A DNA stretch of 64,000 nucleotides from Antedon mediterranea (GCF_964355755.1 NC_092676.1:19672871-19736870), one strand, 5' to 3'; counted from the first letter of the stretch, positions 14,401 through 27,919 are shown. The notes: generated by a model from the sequence alone, not told the origin. Program-made: numbers and translations.

Positions 14401-17400
14401 ATGTGAGATATCAATTAATTAAAGAAAAATAATGAATGTTTATATTCGTAGAATGGTACAAATAATTTCATTCAGTGATTTCTACTATTCCACACACAAA
14501 CAGTCATTATTTGTATACTATTGCATGTTCAGCTTTTTGAAAATACTGTAATGCATGACAGCAGGTTATTTAAAAATGGAAAGTGAATATGAATAGTTTT
14601 GATGGAATAAATCTTTACCTCAGAACAGTAGGTGTTTTGACTAACTAGTTTGACAAAAGTGTGATGTGCCCAAATATGGTATTGATGATATCCTGTCCAT
14701 ATATGGGCACATTTTTTTTTGTCACATAAAGTTTTATAGTGTAGACAGAGCTTTATATTTTTAACTACAGTAGACCAAACTGAAATACTGTACTTATAAA
14801 GAAATAAGTCCTTTTTTCTTTAGGTCGTAAATGACAGTAAATACAACAGAAGAGTTCAATCACGTAAATGTCATCATGACATGAAGACTGGAGTCAATGT
14901 GCGATTTGAAAGACAGATCTATGTTCTTCTGCCATCACCAGATGATCACCAGTTCCATCCAACCCACAAGGTATGTTTACATCTGGTGCATCTGCATGTA
15001 TGTCAGAAAGAGGTGTTGCCCTGTCAATACACTACACAATACAATTTATTTGTCAGGTGCAACTGTAGTTTGGTTTCAAGGTTTTATTAATTCTAATGTC
15101 GATGCCTAATGTCAATGGCTAATTTCCAAAAAGAGCTTGACCTATCTCGTAAAAGTCCTAGACTTCTAACAAAGAAATACATAGTATGGTATGATAAAAC
15201 TGATAATAATCATTCAACAGTAAAAGAAAAACATTACAATTTTAACATACATTAAAACACCTCCTTTGGGACACCCCTATTTAGAAAGATACCTCTATTG
15301 AGGGAATACTTTCCCATGAAATGAATTCGGGGCAACATATGTTCTTGCACTAGAGACAACCCCTGTTAAGGGGAAAATTTTCTGAGTCCTCAATAGGGAT
15401 TTTACTCTATCCTAATGTCAAAATGAAGGCAAATTATTTTACTTTTTTTTAATAAACTGTATAGTACAGTAGGTTATGTCCAACACACCAGACAAAAAAT
15501 TTTAACCACAGTTTGACCCCTGAATAATGTGCTGTTTACTTATTATTAATATCAAAATTAAGGCAAATTATTTTACTGGAAAGTAGTAAAATGTCCAACA
15601 CATCAGACTCAAAGTTTAACCATAGTTTGACCCCTAATCAAATTGCTGTTTACTTTTATTAATATCTGTGGTTCCAGCCAAGTTCAAGGCAGTATTACGA
15701 CATGAAACCTCAGAGGAATAGGGAAGTCAAAATATAACCTGGGTTAAGCAGGGGGTCAATGTACTATATTTTTTTTCTAATACTGTTACTGGATTATGAA
15801 TTTGCACTGTTTATTTACTAATTTGACATTTGATTTTTTTCGTTTTGTTAGCGACTTAGTTCCCAAGATCCCATTGGACAGACATCCATTTCCTGCGTTG
15901 GTCATGGATTTGTAGAAAAATGAGTTATAAAAACATTTTGACAGATTAATCTCTTTAAATGAGATAGTACTGTCATGCCATTTTATATTCAATCAAACAA
16001 AGTATAAAAACATGTACATATTATAAAGTCTGAGTGGGATTTCTTTATAAAATCAGAGTAAAAAAAACTCATTTGAATTGTGTTAAGTACTGTAACGGTT
16101 TAATTCTGGTGTCAAAATTATCTTAAACACAGCACAAAAGATTTCAAAAAACATATTGTAAATTGTTTGCAGAAAGTGTTTTACTTGATAGTAGAATTAC
16201 GCAAATGATCAGTTAAAATTCTAACCGTATAATATCAAAGTTACAACATACTGTATTTAGTGACATCTATGCTTACAACAACTACAAAAAGTGTTGTAGT
16301 AAGTCTTGGTGGACATGCTTCAAAGTCCTAATAGAGGACTTTTTTGTGACCTAAAGGTGTCCCTTAATAGGAGTTCTACTGTATATTTTTTAAAGTTAAC
16401 CAATGATTTTTGACAGCAGAGATATGCCGAAACTATCCTAATGAGTTAGGTTGGTGTAAAAAGTGGAACTTGGCTCTGTCATGCAATACAGGCTTAAGTT
16501 TCAGGGTTAGGCTACTTATCCCATAAGCTATGTCTGAGAGCTTTATTAGAATGCTAAAAGATCATTGAAATTTCACCCAGGATAGGTACCCTGGTGGGCT
16601 TACAGAAGGTTAAATTATAGGTTTCTAATTTGCAAATATATCATTAAGGATAATTTTGGAGGATATTCTCACGCACGATTGAGATGATTTTCCTAAGAGA
16701 GATTTAAATTTGATGGGTGATTTGTTTCTTCCCCCTGATTTAGTTCCTATGGGATTAGGATTGAATAAGCCTAGAAAAGTCTTCCGTTGATAAATGTTTT
16801 GTGATTGGGAATTGAAAATAAACGTCATCTACGTATCCGTCACCATATACAAATGCGACTACCGCTGTCAGCTCTCCACTTTCTCACTTTCACAAGTTCT
16901 ACCGAATATTTCAACTTTTGATTAATTAGAGTAATTAAATGCAACTTTCTATTATTCACAATATTAAAAATTCAGTTTAAATTATTTATATTTTAAGTGT
17001 ATTTCTAAGATTTTGTAACTTAGGAAACTAATTCTATTCTGAAGCTCTATCTACTACAGTATATCGAACAACAACAAAAAGTGAGATGTGCCCAAATATG
17101 GTAGTGATATGCCCAAGGTAGTGATATGCCCAAATGTGGTAATAATATGATGTCGTCATGTCCATATATGGGCACATCTCATTTTTTTAGTGTAGACAGA
17201 GCTTAATAGTAATTCCTTCAAATAATACCAGTCTGGTATTCTATGGGAGGTTGGTGCTATGGACAGGATTTGAACCCAGCTTCTGGGATTGTTAGCCAAG
17301 TGTGTTCCCAACAAAGCTACAATTTTCCATACTGACTGCAAAAAAAATCTCAATCAACCAATTTCTTTACTCTTTTAGAAGGATTTTCGAATGAGAGCAG

Positions 17401-20400
17401 CAGTATTGGACAAGTCAATTGACCAACCGCAGTACAGGTTAAAGGTCATCATTAACAAGGTTTCTAGGCCAGAGCCTAAGAAAAATGAAGTGCGGATAAA
17501 AGTAGCGGCAACATCAGTGAGCAGACAGGACATTGCGAAGGTAATATACGCACATTGTTAAGATATTTGATCCTCGGTAAGCTTGGTTTGAACACCGCCC
17601 TTTATGATACCTTGCAGCTGTGAGGTTGATATTATAAGCAAGATAATCTATAAAAGATATATAGATAAATTTATTGGGAAATGATTTGTAATTATTAGAT
17701 AAGCTTTGACATTTAAATGGATTTATATTTGGTCAAGCTGAGTGGTTAAAATGGCTTCTTTCCAATCATTGTCAAATAAACTAAAACTATAGCTTGGAAT
17801 TTAAAATTATATAATAAAAAGGCTTACAGTCTAAATCAAATTACTTTACTTTTTTTGTCCTGTAATTAAATTGGATCTAAATTTCTTTAAGATAACATCA
17901 AACTTTTGAGAAAGATTTACTTTTCGGACTTTTGTATGTATTATTGAGGTGTTTCTTTCTTATTTTATTTTATTAATTCTTTATAGAAGTGCTTTGGTGG
18001 TTTTCTTTGGGAAAGGGGCAATACAACAACATCAGAAAGCCCTATTTAGGGGGAAGGCACAACTCCATTAAGAGGCCACTTTTTGGTGTCCCCTGTAGGG
18101 AATAATTTGGTATTTTGTTGTCCAAAAGATTTAATATATTTTTGTCCTTAATGTTTTCCAGAGATATGAAAGCTGGCCATTGCCACTAGGAGTCTCCAGC
18201 ATGGTAGGTACAGATGCAGCTGGTACAATAGAGAAAGTTGGTGATATCCTTCAGTCTAAGTGGAAAAAAGGTAAAAATATAATGCATGTAAATAATTTAA
18301 AAGAATAATAATAATGCGCTTTCCAACAAAATTTACATTTTACAGTTTTTAATTTATTGTTGCTCTTGTATTTTAGGTGACCGCGTAATGTGTCTTGTAT
18401 CCCATGGTGGGAATGCTGAATATGCCATAGCGTTGGAGGATCATGTGATGCCCATCCCAGATTTCATGTCCTTCTCCGCTGCGGCGGCTATACCAGAGGC
18501 TTGGATTACAGCGTATTATCTACTTCATGTACTTGGTAAGATATATTGCAAATTAGAAATGTATAATCCCAGTTCGAGTATAATTCCATTGTTATCCATT
18601 TATCGACAATAAATAGATAAATATGCATAACCATATACCCTATCTTTGCTGAAAATAATTTGTTGAAAGTTCCAATAGCAATAATAACGATTTTATTGTT
18701 CTTATGGATCATGACGTCATTTTATTGTATTTAAAAAAACACAATTTGTATCAAAGACACAATAAATGGTTATCTTAAGAAAGACGCATGATTATCTATT
18801 TACTGTCGATTGTTAGCATTCTGGGCCTTTAGACTCCCAATTATTCTTTGTCAGAGATTGTTCCCTTTTCTTACAATCAATTCCTTTCGATTCGATTATT
18901 TTCCTTTTGTAGTAGGTGGTATAAACAAAGGTGATGATGTACTGATACATGCAGGAGCTAGTGGTGTTGGAACGGCTCTCATTCAGCTGGTCAAATTGGC
19001 TGGTGGTCGCGCTATTGTCACCGCCAGTTCATGGAGCAAGTTGGAGATGTGCAAGAACATTGGAGCTGTAGCTGGATTCAATTACAAGGAACAAGATTTT
19101 GCACAAGAAGTGCTTACGTTCACCAAAGGTACAGTATGCATGAATAAACCTGAATTTAGTATCAAATATAGAGGGCTCACTTTTTTATAATTAGAGTTTG
19201 GGACAATTTTCAGCATGGAATCTTGCCATGATTTATGACGTAGCGTATGGTAAATTTGTTTACTTAGGCTCTGTCTACACTATCAAAGTTACTGTGACAA
19301 ATAAATGTGACATGTCCATATAGACACTATGACGTCCTATCTCTACCTACCACATTTACATCACATTATTTCTGTTTACACTAGTTTGATAGTGTAGACA
19401 GAGCTTGTGTTATGGAAAATGGGTCGCTTTTATACAATAGCCGCCTCAAGGAGCATTGGACCGAATGTAAAAAATAAACATTCATTCGTTCTTGTTGAGT
19501 TCTTCCACCAAACATCTGTCCACAATATTGTTGTTTGTTCAGTAAAGTTATGGTTGTGTTCCCAAATATGGTACTGATATGACATCATCGTGTCCGTAAA
19601 TTTTGTTATAAATTGGATCTTTTTTTTGTATTTTATAAATAGGGTTGTAAAAAATGTTGAAAAAGATACACACAAACATAAAAAAGACTTTTAAAAACCA
19701 TTAGACAAATTTAAAAATTGTCTAATGGTTTTTGCTAGCTATTTGTTTTATGTATCTTGTTGATGTACAGTATTCTACATTATATCAATTTTATGGTTAA
19801 TTTGATAAATATTTTTTATTTGTCACTTAGATCAAGGAGTAACATTGATCTTAGACTGCGTTGGTGCGATCCACTGTGCTGGAAATGCGCAGGTAATAGC
19901 AACAGAGGGCGTGTGGGTGGTTTACGGTTTGCTAAGTGGAACCGAGACGCCTATTGATCTACTGTCGACGATTTTGAAAAAGCGTGTGAATGTTATTGGA
20001 GCATCCATGCAGAGTATGGACAACAGTGTAAGTACTTAACCTTGGTATTATAGACTTTTATGTCCTTTGATTTGAATGAATGCTTAGTTCCAAATGAGGA
20101 TGTATGTATCGAATTAGTGGTTGTTTTAGTGGTTAATGTTACATTAGTGTTTGATTGTTGCGTTACTGGGTTCTAAAGATGTATACATTATGCAAGTTCA
20201 ATCAGATATGTATTTGCATCATTGTTATATTTTGTGTGACTATATCGTTTAGGTATTAAATAAAATTTCTTAGGTTGGAAACTTATTTTAAATATGCAGT
20301 AGTACTCCTGTTTCAAGAGAACTTGACTGTTTAAAAAAAAATATCAATAATTTGGCATTTATTTACCTTACAGTACAAAGCTGAACTGGTTGCTGGATTT

Positions 20401-21435
20401 AAAGAGAGACTATTACCCCATTTTAGTCCTGGGACGCAGTCATCTCTGTCACCCATAATCAACAAGTTATATCCTCTAAAGTGCGTTGGTGAAGCTTATC
20501 ATTTTGTTGAGTCGAATAGCAGCATGGGAAAAGTAATCTTAACATTAGAGGATAGTTTAATCAGGGATGAACAAGCAAAACGAGAACTGTTAGAAGTGGC
20601 CAAGAGCTTTGAGGCTCTTGCTAATGGTGTTATTGAGGTAGATCAAGGAAAAGTGACAGTAATGCAGGATGGACAAGTCTTGGCAGCTGAAACGCTCAAA
20701 CTCGGACATATCATTGGATTGCGACAACAGAATAACGTTCTACAGAGCGAAACAGAGGAGAGTGTTCAGGTGTTACTAGCAGATAAAATGGATGTTGGAT
20801 CGACCGTACACGTGACGACAGACCAGGTGCAGGGATTGAATAGCACTAATCTTCTAGTTGGTATGCAAAATGTAGAACATGAAAACACTATAGTGTATAC
20901 AGATCATGAGCGTACATTTATTATTGAAAATGAACAAGAATCCATATCAAATGCAAAGGATGGACAATTTACACAAACTTGTGCCGATAACACGTTTATA
21001 TATTCAGGATCACAACCAGATAACCAAAACCAAGTATTAAACCATGTGCAATCGATCGAACAATCAAACAGCTTTAACCAATCAGAAGCTGAGCATCTTT
21101 TAAATCAAGGTCAAATTGAAGGACAGCCACAGTTGATTGGTCATATTCAAGAGGTCGAAACCATGGATACAGATCATCTTTATCATGACCAGCCAACTCA
21201 GTCATATAACACGACTGGACAGTCAATAAACATACAAACACAACAAACTGATTTTGATGGTATGAATAGCTCAAATCAAGCACAACATATCGACTCGCAA
21301 GGAGAATTGAACCAAGGATTTACACAAAAGGTTGTGTACACCAACCAACCTCACCATTCTGGTGATAAACAACAGGAGATAATATTTGTACTAGAAGAAG
21401 CTGTAGCAAACTCGTCCTCTGAATGTCATGGATGA
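11420..21435 (+). CDS. CaRF (ALS2CR8)-like zinc DNA-binding domain fused to a PIG3/TP53I3-like quinone oxidoreductase with a Q-rich tail (isoform A, ~844 aa)
   Basis: Exons 11420-11624, 12171-12346, 12724-12828, 14824-14970, 17379-17540, 18162-18270, 18377-18535, 18916-19128, 19831-20027, 20374-21435 total 2535 nt, all GT-AG and in frame. CaRF motifs: RLTW, IPFDGVPF, SCQYG, DCPVQI..KFPDY, IYVLLP..HQFH. PIG3-like motifs: AAAIPEAWITAY, VLIHAGASGVGTA, AGFNYKEQDF, LILDCVG, VYGLLSG, MGKVIL. Confidence 0.85.
13320..13510. mobile_element. Tc1/pogo-like MITE remnant family (also ~15255-15400, ~16310-16384, ~18040-18100, ~38230-38620)
   Basis: Shared motifs cccctatttag(a/g)ggata(c)ct and gtgtcccttaatag...ctactgta; degraded. 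Confidence 0.45.
14644..14753. mobile_element. MITE family A copy
   Basis: gtgatgtgcccaaatatgg core, ending agtgtagacagagctt. Confidence 0.65.
17042..17204. mobile_element. MITE family A copy
   Basis: aagctctatctac ... tagtgtagacagagctt with the shared core. Confidence 0.7.
19266..19406. mobile_element. MITE family A copy
   Basis: ggctctgtctacactatcaaa ... tttgatagtgtagacagagct; full TIR pair. Confidence 0.8.
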
Positions 21436-21970
21436 GGTCATTTTTTTTTACTATACTATTGTACAAAAATTGTAGTAGAAAATGTCTAAATAAACACCAT
21501 TAGGGGACACTTCGGTTTCAATTTAGAACCAATTTCTTATTTCAAAGAATTTTTACTAATGAATAAAAATACAATTGTTTATGTATATTTATCCAATGTG
21601 TGCTGTGTTGTTGTGTGGTACAAATATTTTCTCCATCCAACAATTCTCTGTTACATATTCCCTCTATTTTGTCATATTTTACAGCATTTTTCAATGCAGA
21701 GTGGCTCAATTTTCCAAGCGCAGCAGTCATTTATATATATTGTCTTACATATTGTGTAAGACTAGTAGCCAAAGCGTTTGGTAATGTTTTTTTATTATTT
21801 AAATAAGCTCCTATAGTCAATAGAAAGTTACAATTGTATTGATGCCTAATCTCTGAAATCGTCAGGAAGTGAGCCCTCTATATTTATTCAGAAACGCACA
21901 ACGAAAATTAACCAAACCTCTGACAATTTTAATCACCAAGAGCATTGTGTTGTATAACTTTTTCTTTCAG

Positions 21971-24900
21971 CTTGAAACTGAAACAAATGAAGATGCCAAG
22001 AAAGGTTGGGTTTCCTTTATCAGCAAGAAAAGGGACTGTCCGGCTAATGTCACATTGCTGGAAATTATCAAATTTCCAGATTTTACAGTATGTTTTGAGT
22101 TACTAATGACTAATGTTTTAACTATTTGAACTTAACAAATTTATACTGTTCTCAGAGTACATAATCATCATTAAATATGAAAATACAGAGAAACAACACG
22201 GACACACAAGCAAACCCACACCAACCCCATTCCAATGTTGTACTGTTTGTATGACATGAATAAAGTTGAAAGTAAAGTAATCCTTTGTCACTTGGAATAT
22301 AACTCCTTTATCCAAGGTGCAGATTCTGAGAGGCGGATGACCTTACTTTATTTTAGTGGAAACACAACACACTAAAATATATATAAAACTTTGTTTCTTT
22401 AATTTTTGCGCTACAGGTACATGTTCTGTCAAAAACCCTGTCAGGCCCCACTCCTGACCCCTGCAACCACTCAAAAGCACCCCCTCCTAAAGTAAAAACA
22501 TGTATTATCAACTTATAGTGTGTATTTTGTTTTTAGCTTGAAGCAGACTCTGAAGATGGTAGGCGGTACGTGTCACAATACTTTTTTACCAAATTGAAGG
22601 AAGGAGATGTAAAATCTGAAAGACGTATTTATATTGCACTACCACAGCAATCTGATCACCAGTTTCATCCTTTCGAAAATGAAACCAAATATGTTCCCCG
22701 TAATAGGAGTAATGTTGAGATCCTTAATGATAAATGCAGAGTAAGTTTCATTAGCCTTCAAAGAAATCCATTTTACCTAGTTTAATGGTTATTTAATTAT
22801 TTTAACAAATAAATGAACCCAACAGAACTCATCTGTAGCAGAGAAGAAGTACTCAGTTTAGTGAAATAATATTTTGGGCTTGAGGTTATTGTCTGTTAGA
22901 TTGGGCTATATGTTTCTACTCTAGTACCTCACAGTGAAAGCAATTGCAAGCCAAATAAGGGGAAATATACTGTATACATCATGCAAGCGTACTTATTATA
23001 TTTCGGCTACAATTTGTACATCATTTTATTGTAAATGCTTTTACTTCAGTATTCCTAATGAATGTAACTTCATTTATTTTATTTTTTATTTGTATATATT
23101 GTATGAGAAACCAAAACACTTTCCTCTTTCCAAATTACAAATAATCTAAAAAATATCTCCAAAAAGATCTAACAATCTATTTTTGTTTTCATACCAGATT
23201 TCAAGAACCTTGAGGATAAAACAAACAATACGGGCCGCAATAGCTTCCAAGTCTGGATCTGTAGAAGACATCAGTGTTAAACGTATCCCAATTTCGATGT
23301 ATGCAAAAAGTGATGAGATAGTTATTAATGTTTTTGCCAGTGCTGCCAATAGACAAGATATTGTAAAGGTAGTGAATGAATTGTTTATTTCTGAGGCAAA
23401 ATGATAAGAATAATAAATGTTTCAAGCATTATAACGATGGAGTGTTTTAGTTTTAAGACAGCAGCAGCCGATTTTATAAACGGTTTCTAAGACCCCAATG
23501 TATTCTATTGATCACCAAGAACTGTTCTTTAACCAGTTTTAAATTTTAGCTGACATAACACAACCATGATCTGCTTAACTCTGAAATCAATGTGAATATT
23601 TAAAAGTCAAACTTCCACTTAAGGAAAACTGTGTTCTGGCTAATAATATCATTTCATAGTGAAGTATGTACAGTAGTTAACATTAAGTTCTATCATTAAT
23701 TATTTGTTTTTTCTGTCTTTTCTATATTTTTTCAACCTTTAGGACATCTCGATAACAAGTGTGGGACAACAGATTATTGGTTGTGAAGCAGCAGGCATTG
23801 TATATGCAACAGGCAACAAAGCTTCCAAATGGAAAAATGGTAGAGTAACACATTTTATTTTTTCACTTCAACTTCTCGGCATGAATCTTGCAGCCAATTC
23901 CAGCTGAAGCTATAATTTTCTAGTGTATAGATGAATTATGTGCACCACATTTGTCACAAGTGTATTCTGTACACCACATGTGTTTCACAATAGATACATT
24001 ACCTTTATTATATGCCTAACATACCGTATTTTCCGGAGTATAGGTCGAGACTTTGTGGGAAAATTTTAATTGCAAAATCGGGGGGTCGACTTATACTCCG
24101 ACCATGCGATTTTTGAAAAAAAATCAGGCCGAAAAAATATGTTCCAAAGCCGTCAGCTGTCAAGGCCCAGCAAGGTCAGTGGCCTATCATCAATCACTCA
24201 CAGAAGTTTTCAATTTAATACCTACACTGTACAAAATAATACAACTCCAACAAGTACTGGTCAATAAAATATTAATATATCACAATGACTCATTTTGATA
24301 TTAATATTATGCTTTTAAGATAATTAAGAATAAATAGTTTTCTTTATGCTTCTTATTCACTCTCGCGAAAATATCGTAACACACACCACAGACGTCGGAA
24401 TGTCCATGCAGCATGTTTGTTATTGCGCGATATTTTCATCTATATGCATGCGCAGTTTGGTTGTTTGTTCGTAATTACAATTACTGCGCATGTCTATTCA
24501 TAAAATAAATTCTCCTTAGTCGGGTGCGTGTACATTTACAGATAACGCGATTTACAACTACTCGCCTGTACAATTTAATAAGCCTCCTAACGGAAAACTC
24601 GTTTTAATTTATTCGAGTGACGCGAAAAACATCGCTGATGGCAAGTAATGCTACATCGCTGTCATTTATTATAGGCTGGTGAAGACGGCGGCGGCGAAGT
24701 CGTCGTCATTACGTCCGTCCGATATTGATTAGGCCTACACTTTAATAATATAAACAAATAACCACATTTCATACATTTCTAACCCTCTTTGAACTTTAAA
24801 GTAAGTTGTGTTATTAGCCGATTTTGGGGGTCGATTTATATTCAGGTCATACCAAAATCAACGATATTCTAGGCCAATGTTGGGGGTCGACTTATACTTG

Positions 24901-27900
24901 GGTCGACCTATACTCCGGAAAATACGGTAAATCCAAGTTTAACTTTCCATGTCCATATCATGGAATTCTCCTATGTCATATGAAAACTATTCAACATTTG
25001 CATATTTTACATATTCCAGGTGATAGAGTGATGGCATATTTACATAGTGGAGGATGTGCTGATAAAGTTACTGTACATCAAGATCATGTGATGTCTGTTC
25101 CAACATGGATGACACTATCATCAGCTGCTGCACTCCCTCAAGCGTGGTTGACGGCCTACAATCTGTTATGTCATGAAGGTTAGTACTGTATATATGTATG
25201 TAAGTTCGCAGTACACAAAAATACTCTTCTATGGCTAGTTTCAATCATTTTCACTGTGAGCCTTGCTATCTTTTTTTAGATAGATATCTATATTTTTTAA
25301 TTTCATAAGCATCCAACCGTGAGTAACTCGCCAATTACAGGATGGATAAACTAAACTTTTGTTTTCACCATGCAAACTTCAAACAATAAAACACTGTATA
25401 TTGCACATTCATACAAAGCCATTACATTCCAGGAGAGACTTTAAAATGATTAGTTTTGGATGCATGGTGTACATGTAATAGTTTCAGACTTTCAATGTAT
25501 AGAACCTAAAAATAGCTTTCTTTTTAATAAAAATCAATTGGAATCAAGTGTACATCAACATAAAAACATAAAATGCTGTGAATTCTCTCTTTTTCTTGTT
25601 TGCAGCTTCTATGAAACACGGTGACATTGTCTTGATCCATGCAGGGGCTAGTGGTGTAGGCACAGCACTGGTCCAATTGGTCACCATGGCTGGGGGTGTT
25701 GCAATTGTTACAGCAGGCTCAGATGGAAAAATTGGAATTTGTAAATCATTGGGTGCTTCTGCTGGATTCAACTATAAGTCTTTAGATTTTGCTAAGGACC
25801 TCACAAATCACCTTAATGGTAAATTATGTGTTTTATTTCTTGGTTCAAAATGTGTATGACTGCCCAGACACATTTTTCACAACGTGTTAAAGCAGAAATT
25901 GTGGATCATGTATGAATTTAATTATTAATAGACACCTAACCATATTTCATGTGAAATCCTCATCAGCCACCAGAGTCACAGCCAGAGTTTCAGAATGTAT
26001 TTTTTTTCCAGACACCGTCTGTCTTTGGAACAAACTACCACAAGAGGCTGTGGAGTCAACATCACTAGAGGGATTACAAAATTGTCTCTCCTATGTTGAC
26101 ATAAATGAAAAATCTAAAATTATCTTTAACAACAAAATGTAATGTAATATAATATGAAACATGTAGAACACAACATTTTTGGAAAGGCATAAATGCAGAC
26201 CAACCCATGTGCGACTATACTTAAATGAGGTTCTGCACATAGGAAGATGATGATGAGATAATTTAATAATCTGTCTCTTGAATATAACTAATTATTTAGT
26301 ACTGCTTCCAGAAAAGCTGTTGACATACAGCTATAAGGAATAACGTTGCCAGAACATCATGTGACTATTACCACTATAGACTGTAATTACCATTGCTAAT
26401 ACCAGCGTGTATTATATTCTATTAATATTTAGTAGCTGAGTTTCCTATTGGTTATTATAAATAACATTTCTTTCTTATTATTCTTTTCTTTTTTGGCCCT
26501 AAATCTCTTTGATTACCTTATTTAAAGAAATAAAAATCTCACACATAAATGTGCTATTTACAAATAAATTCTGAATGATATAACTAAAGTTTTTTAATTT
26601 TAATAGGAAAACGTGTACATTTGATCTTTGACCCAGTTGGTGGTACTCATTGGCAGTTGAATAGTAACATTATTGGACAGGATGGAACTTGGATTATCTA
26701 TGGTCTTTTAAGTGGGCCTTATATTGCTGGAGATATGAGACCACTCTTGAAAAAGAATGTTACAATCAAGACATCCTTGCTGAAAAATAAGTCCAACGAG
26801 GTAAGTCAATCATTAAGAATAAATTGTTTCATTTAAAATGTTCTTATTGATGGAAAATCAGTAAAAAAAATCATTTGAGAATAACTGTACCTGTGGTGTA
26901 GGCCTGCCCTACACTAGTCATAGGCTCAGTTCACCCTAGGCTAGTGTAGCATAGACTAGACTAATACTACCGTTTAGTATTACTAGCTAATACTGGACGG
27001 GTGTCCCGTTGACTTTTCTACAACATACTGTGTGATGTACAAGATTGTGGCAAAAGATTGCTAGGACCCAAGTCACTTGAGTCCAAGTGTTTGGATCTGA
27101 CAATAGGGAATTTAAAAGTTGCCCCAATTTGAACAAAAATAAAGAATATCATATATTATATATGTTTATATAATAAAATGACCATTAGATGTAGTTCATT
27201 GCTTAAACTACCATTACCAATATGAAGTGAGAAGAAGCTATAAAAGACAACAACAAAAATGGCTGTTATGGCTAAGATGTCGTCGGGATTTTTTCTCATG
27301 ACAAAAAGCAAACACCACAAATAACCTGTAACCAGTTTTGTTTAATATGTTGAGCATATTGTGTGAGCTTTGAATTATCTTTCGGATATCCTTAGAAATA
27401 AGAAAGAAAATAAAAACAAAGAGAATATTATCTCCGTTGATGATCTTATCGAATGTTCTATTAGGTTATTAAACGCGCCACTTAAACTGGAAATGTGCGG
27501 TTATATAAATACCAAGTATTATTTTATTCTAGCACATAGCAGAACTTACCACAGAATTTACCAAAGATGTTCTACCATATTTTTTACCAAATGATAAAAT
27601 TCAACTGAGTCCAGTTATCAACAAATTCTACCCATTAGAAGAAATTAAAGATGCTTACTCCTTTCTGGAGTCAAACGAGACCATTGGAAAATTGATTATC
27701 AATATTAAAGATGAGGATATGTCTAAGGTAGGAGTACCAAGTAGTTTACAGAATCGAAAAAACGTCGAGGTTCCGGGCACGTGCAGTCAGCTCGAAGAAT
27801 TGGCACACGCATCGTCTCAATTGCTTGAAGAATCAAGAATGCTGGAAAGAAGAAAATCGGGTTTGGAATCTCCGCTTGATGTTTTTATTTCTTCTGAGGT

Positions 27901-27919
27901 ATCAGTTGAAACGACATGA
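21971..27919 (+). CDS. Second paralogous cassette (exons 3-10): C-terminal half of CaRF-like domain plus PIG3-like oxidoreductase; predicted isoform B (~640 aa) using shared exons 11420-11624 and 12171-12346
   Basis: Exons 21971-22087, 22537-22740, 23198-23368, 23743-23839, 25020-25178, 25606-25818, 26607-26800, 27533-27919; same intron phases as cassette A (159- and 213-nt exons identical in size); no stops. Motifs KKRDCPANV..KFPDF, IYIALP..HQFH, LPQAWLTAY, VLIHAGASGVGTA, IYGLLSG, IGKLII. Confidence 0.82.
24024..24927. mobile_element. Non-autonomous Tc2/pogo-type (Tc1/mariner superfamily) DNA transposon, 904 bp
   Basis: Perfect TIR ccgtattttccggagtataggtcga / tcgacctatactccggaaaatacgg, TA on both sides, subterminal gggggtcgacttatac repeats, no transposase ORF; sits in a cassette B intron. 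Confidence 0.88.
25860..26256 (+). mobile_element. 3' fragment of a CR1/L2-type LINE
   Basis: Translates FFPDTVCLWNKLPQEAVESTSLEGLQ, the typical CR1/L2 ORF2 C-terminal FFPxTxxxWNxLP motif; followed by a (gat)n-type tail. Confidence 0.6.

Noticed and set aside
21971-27919. Cassette B as a dead partial duplicate
   Set aside because: All eight exons are open, with intact splice sites and conserved motifs despite heavy divergence and unalignable introns; not the pattern of a pseudogene.
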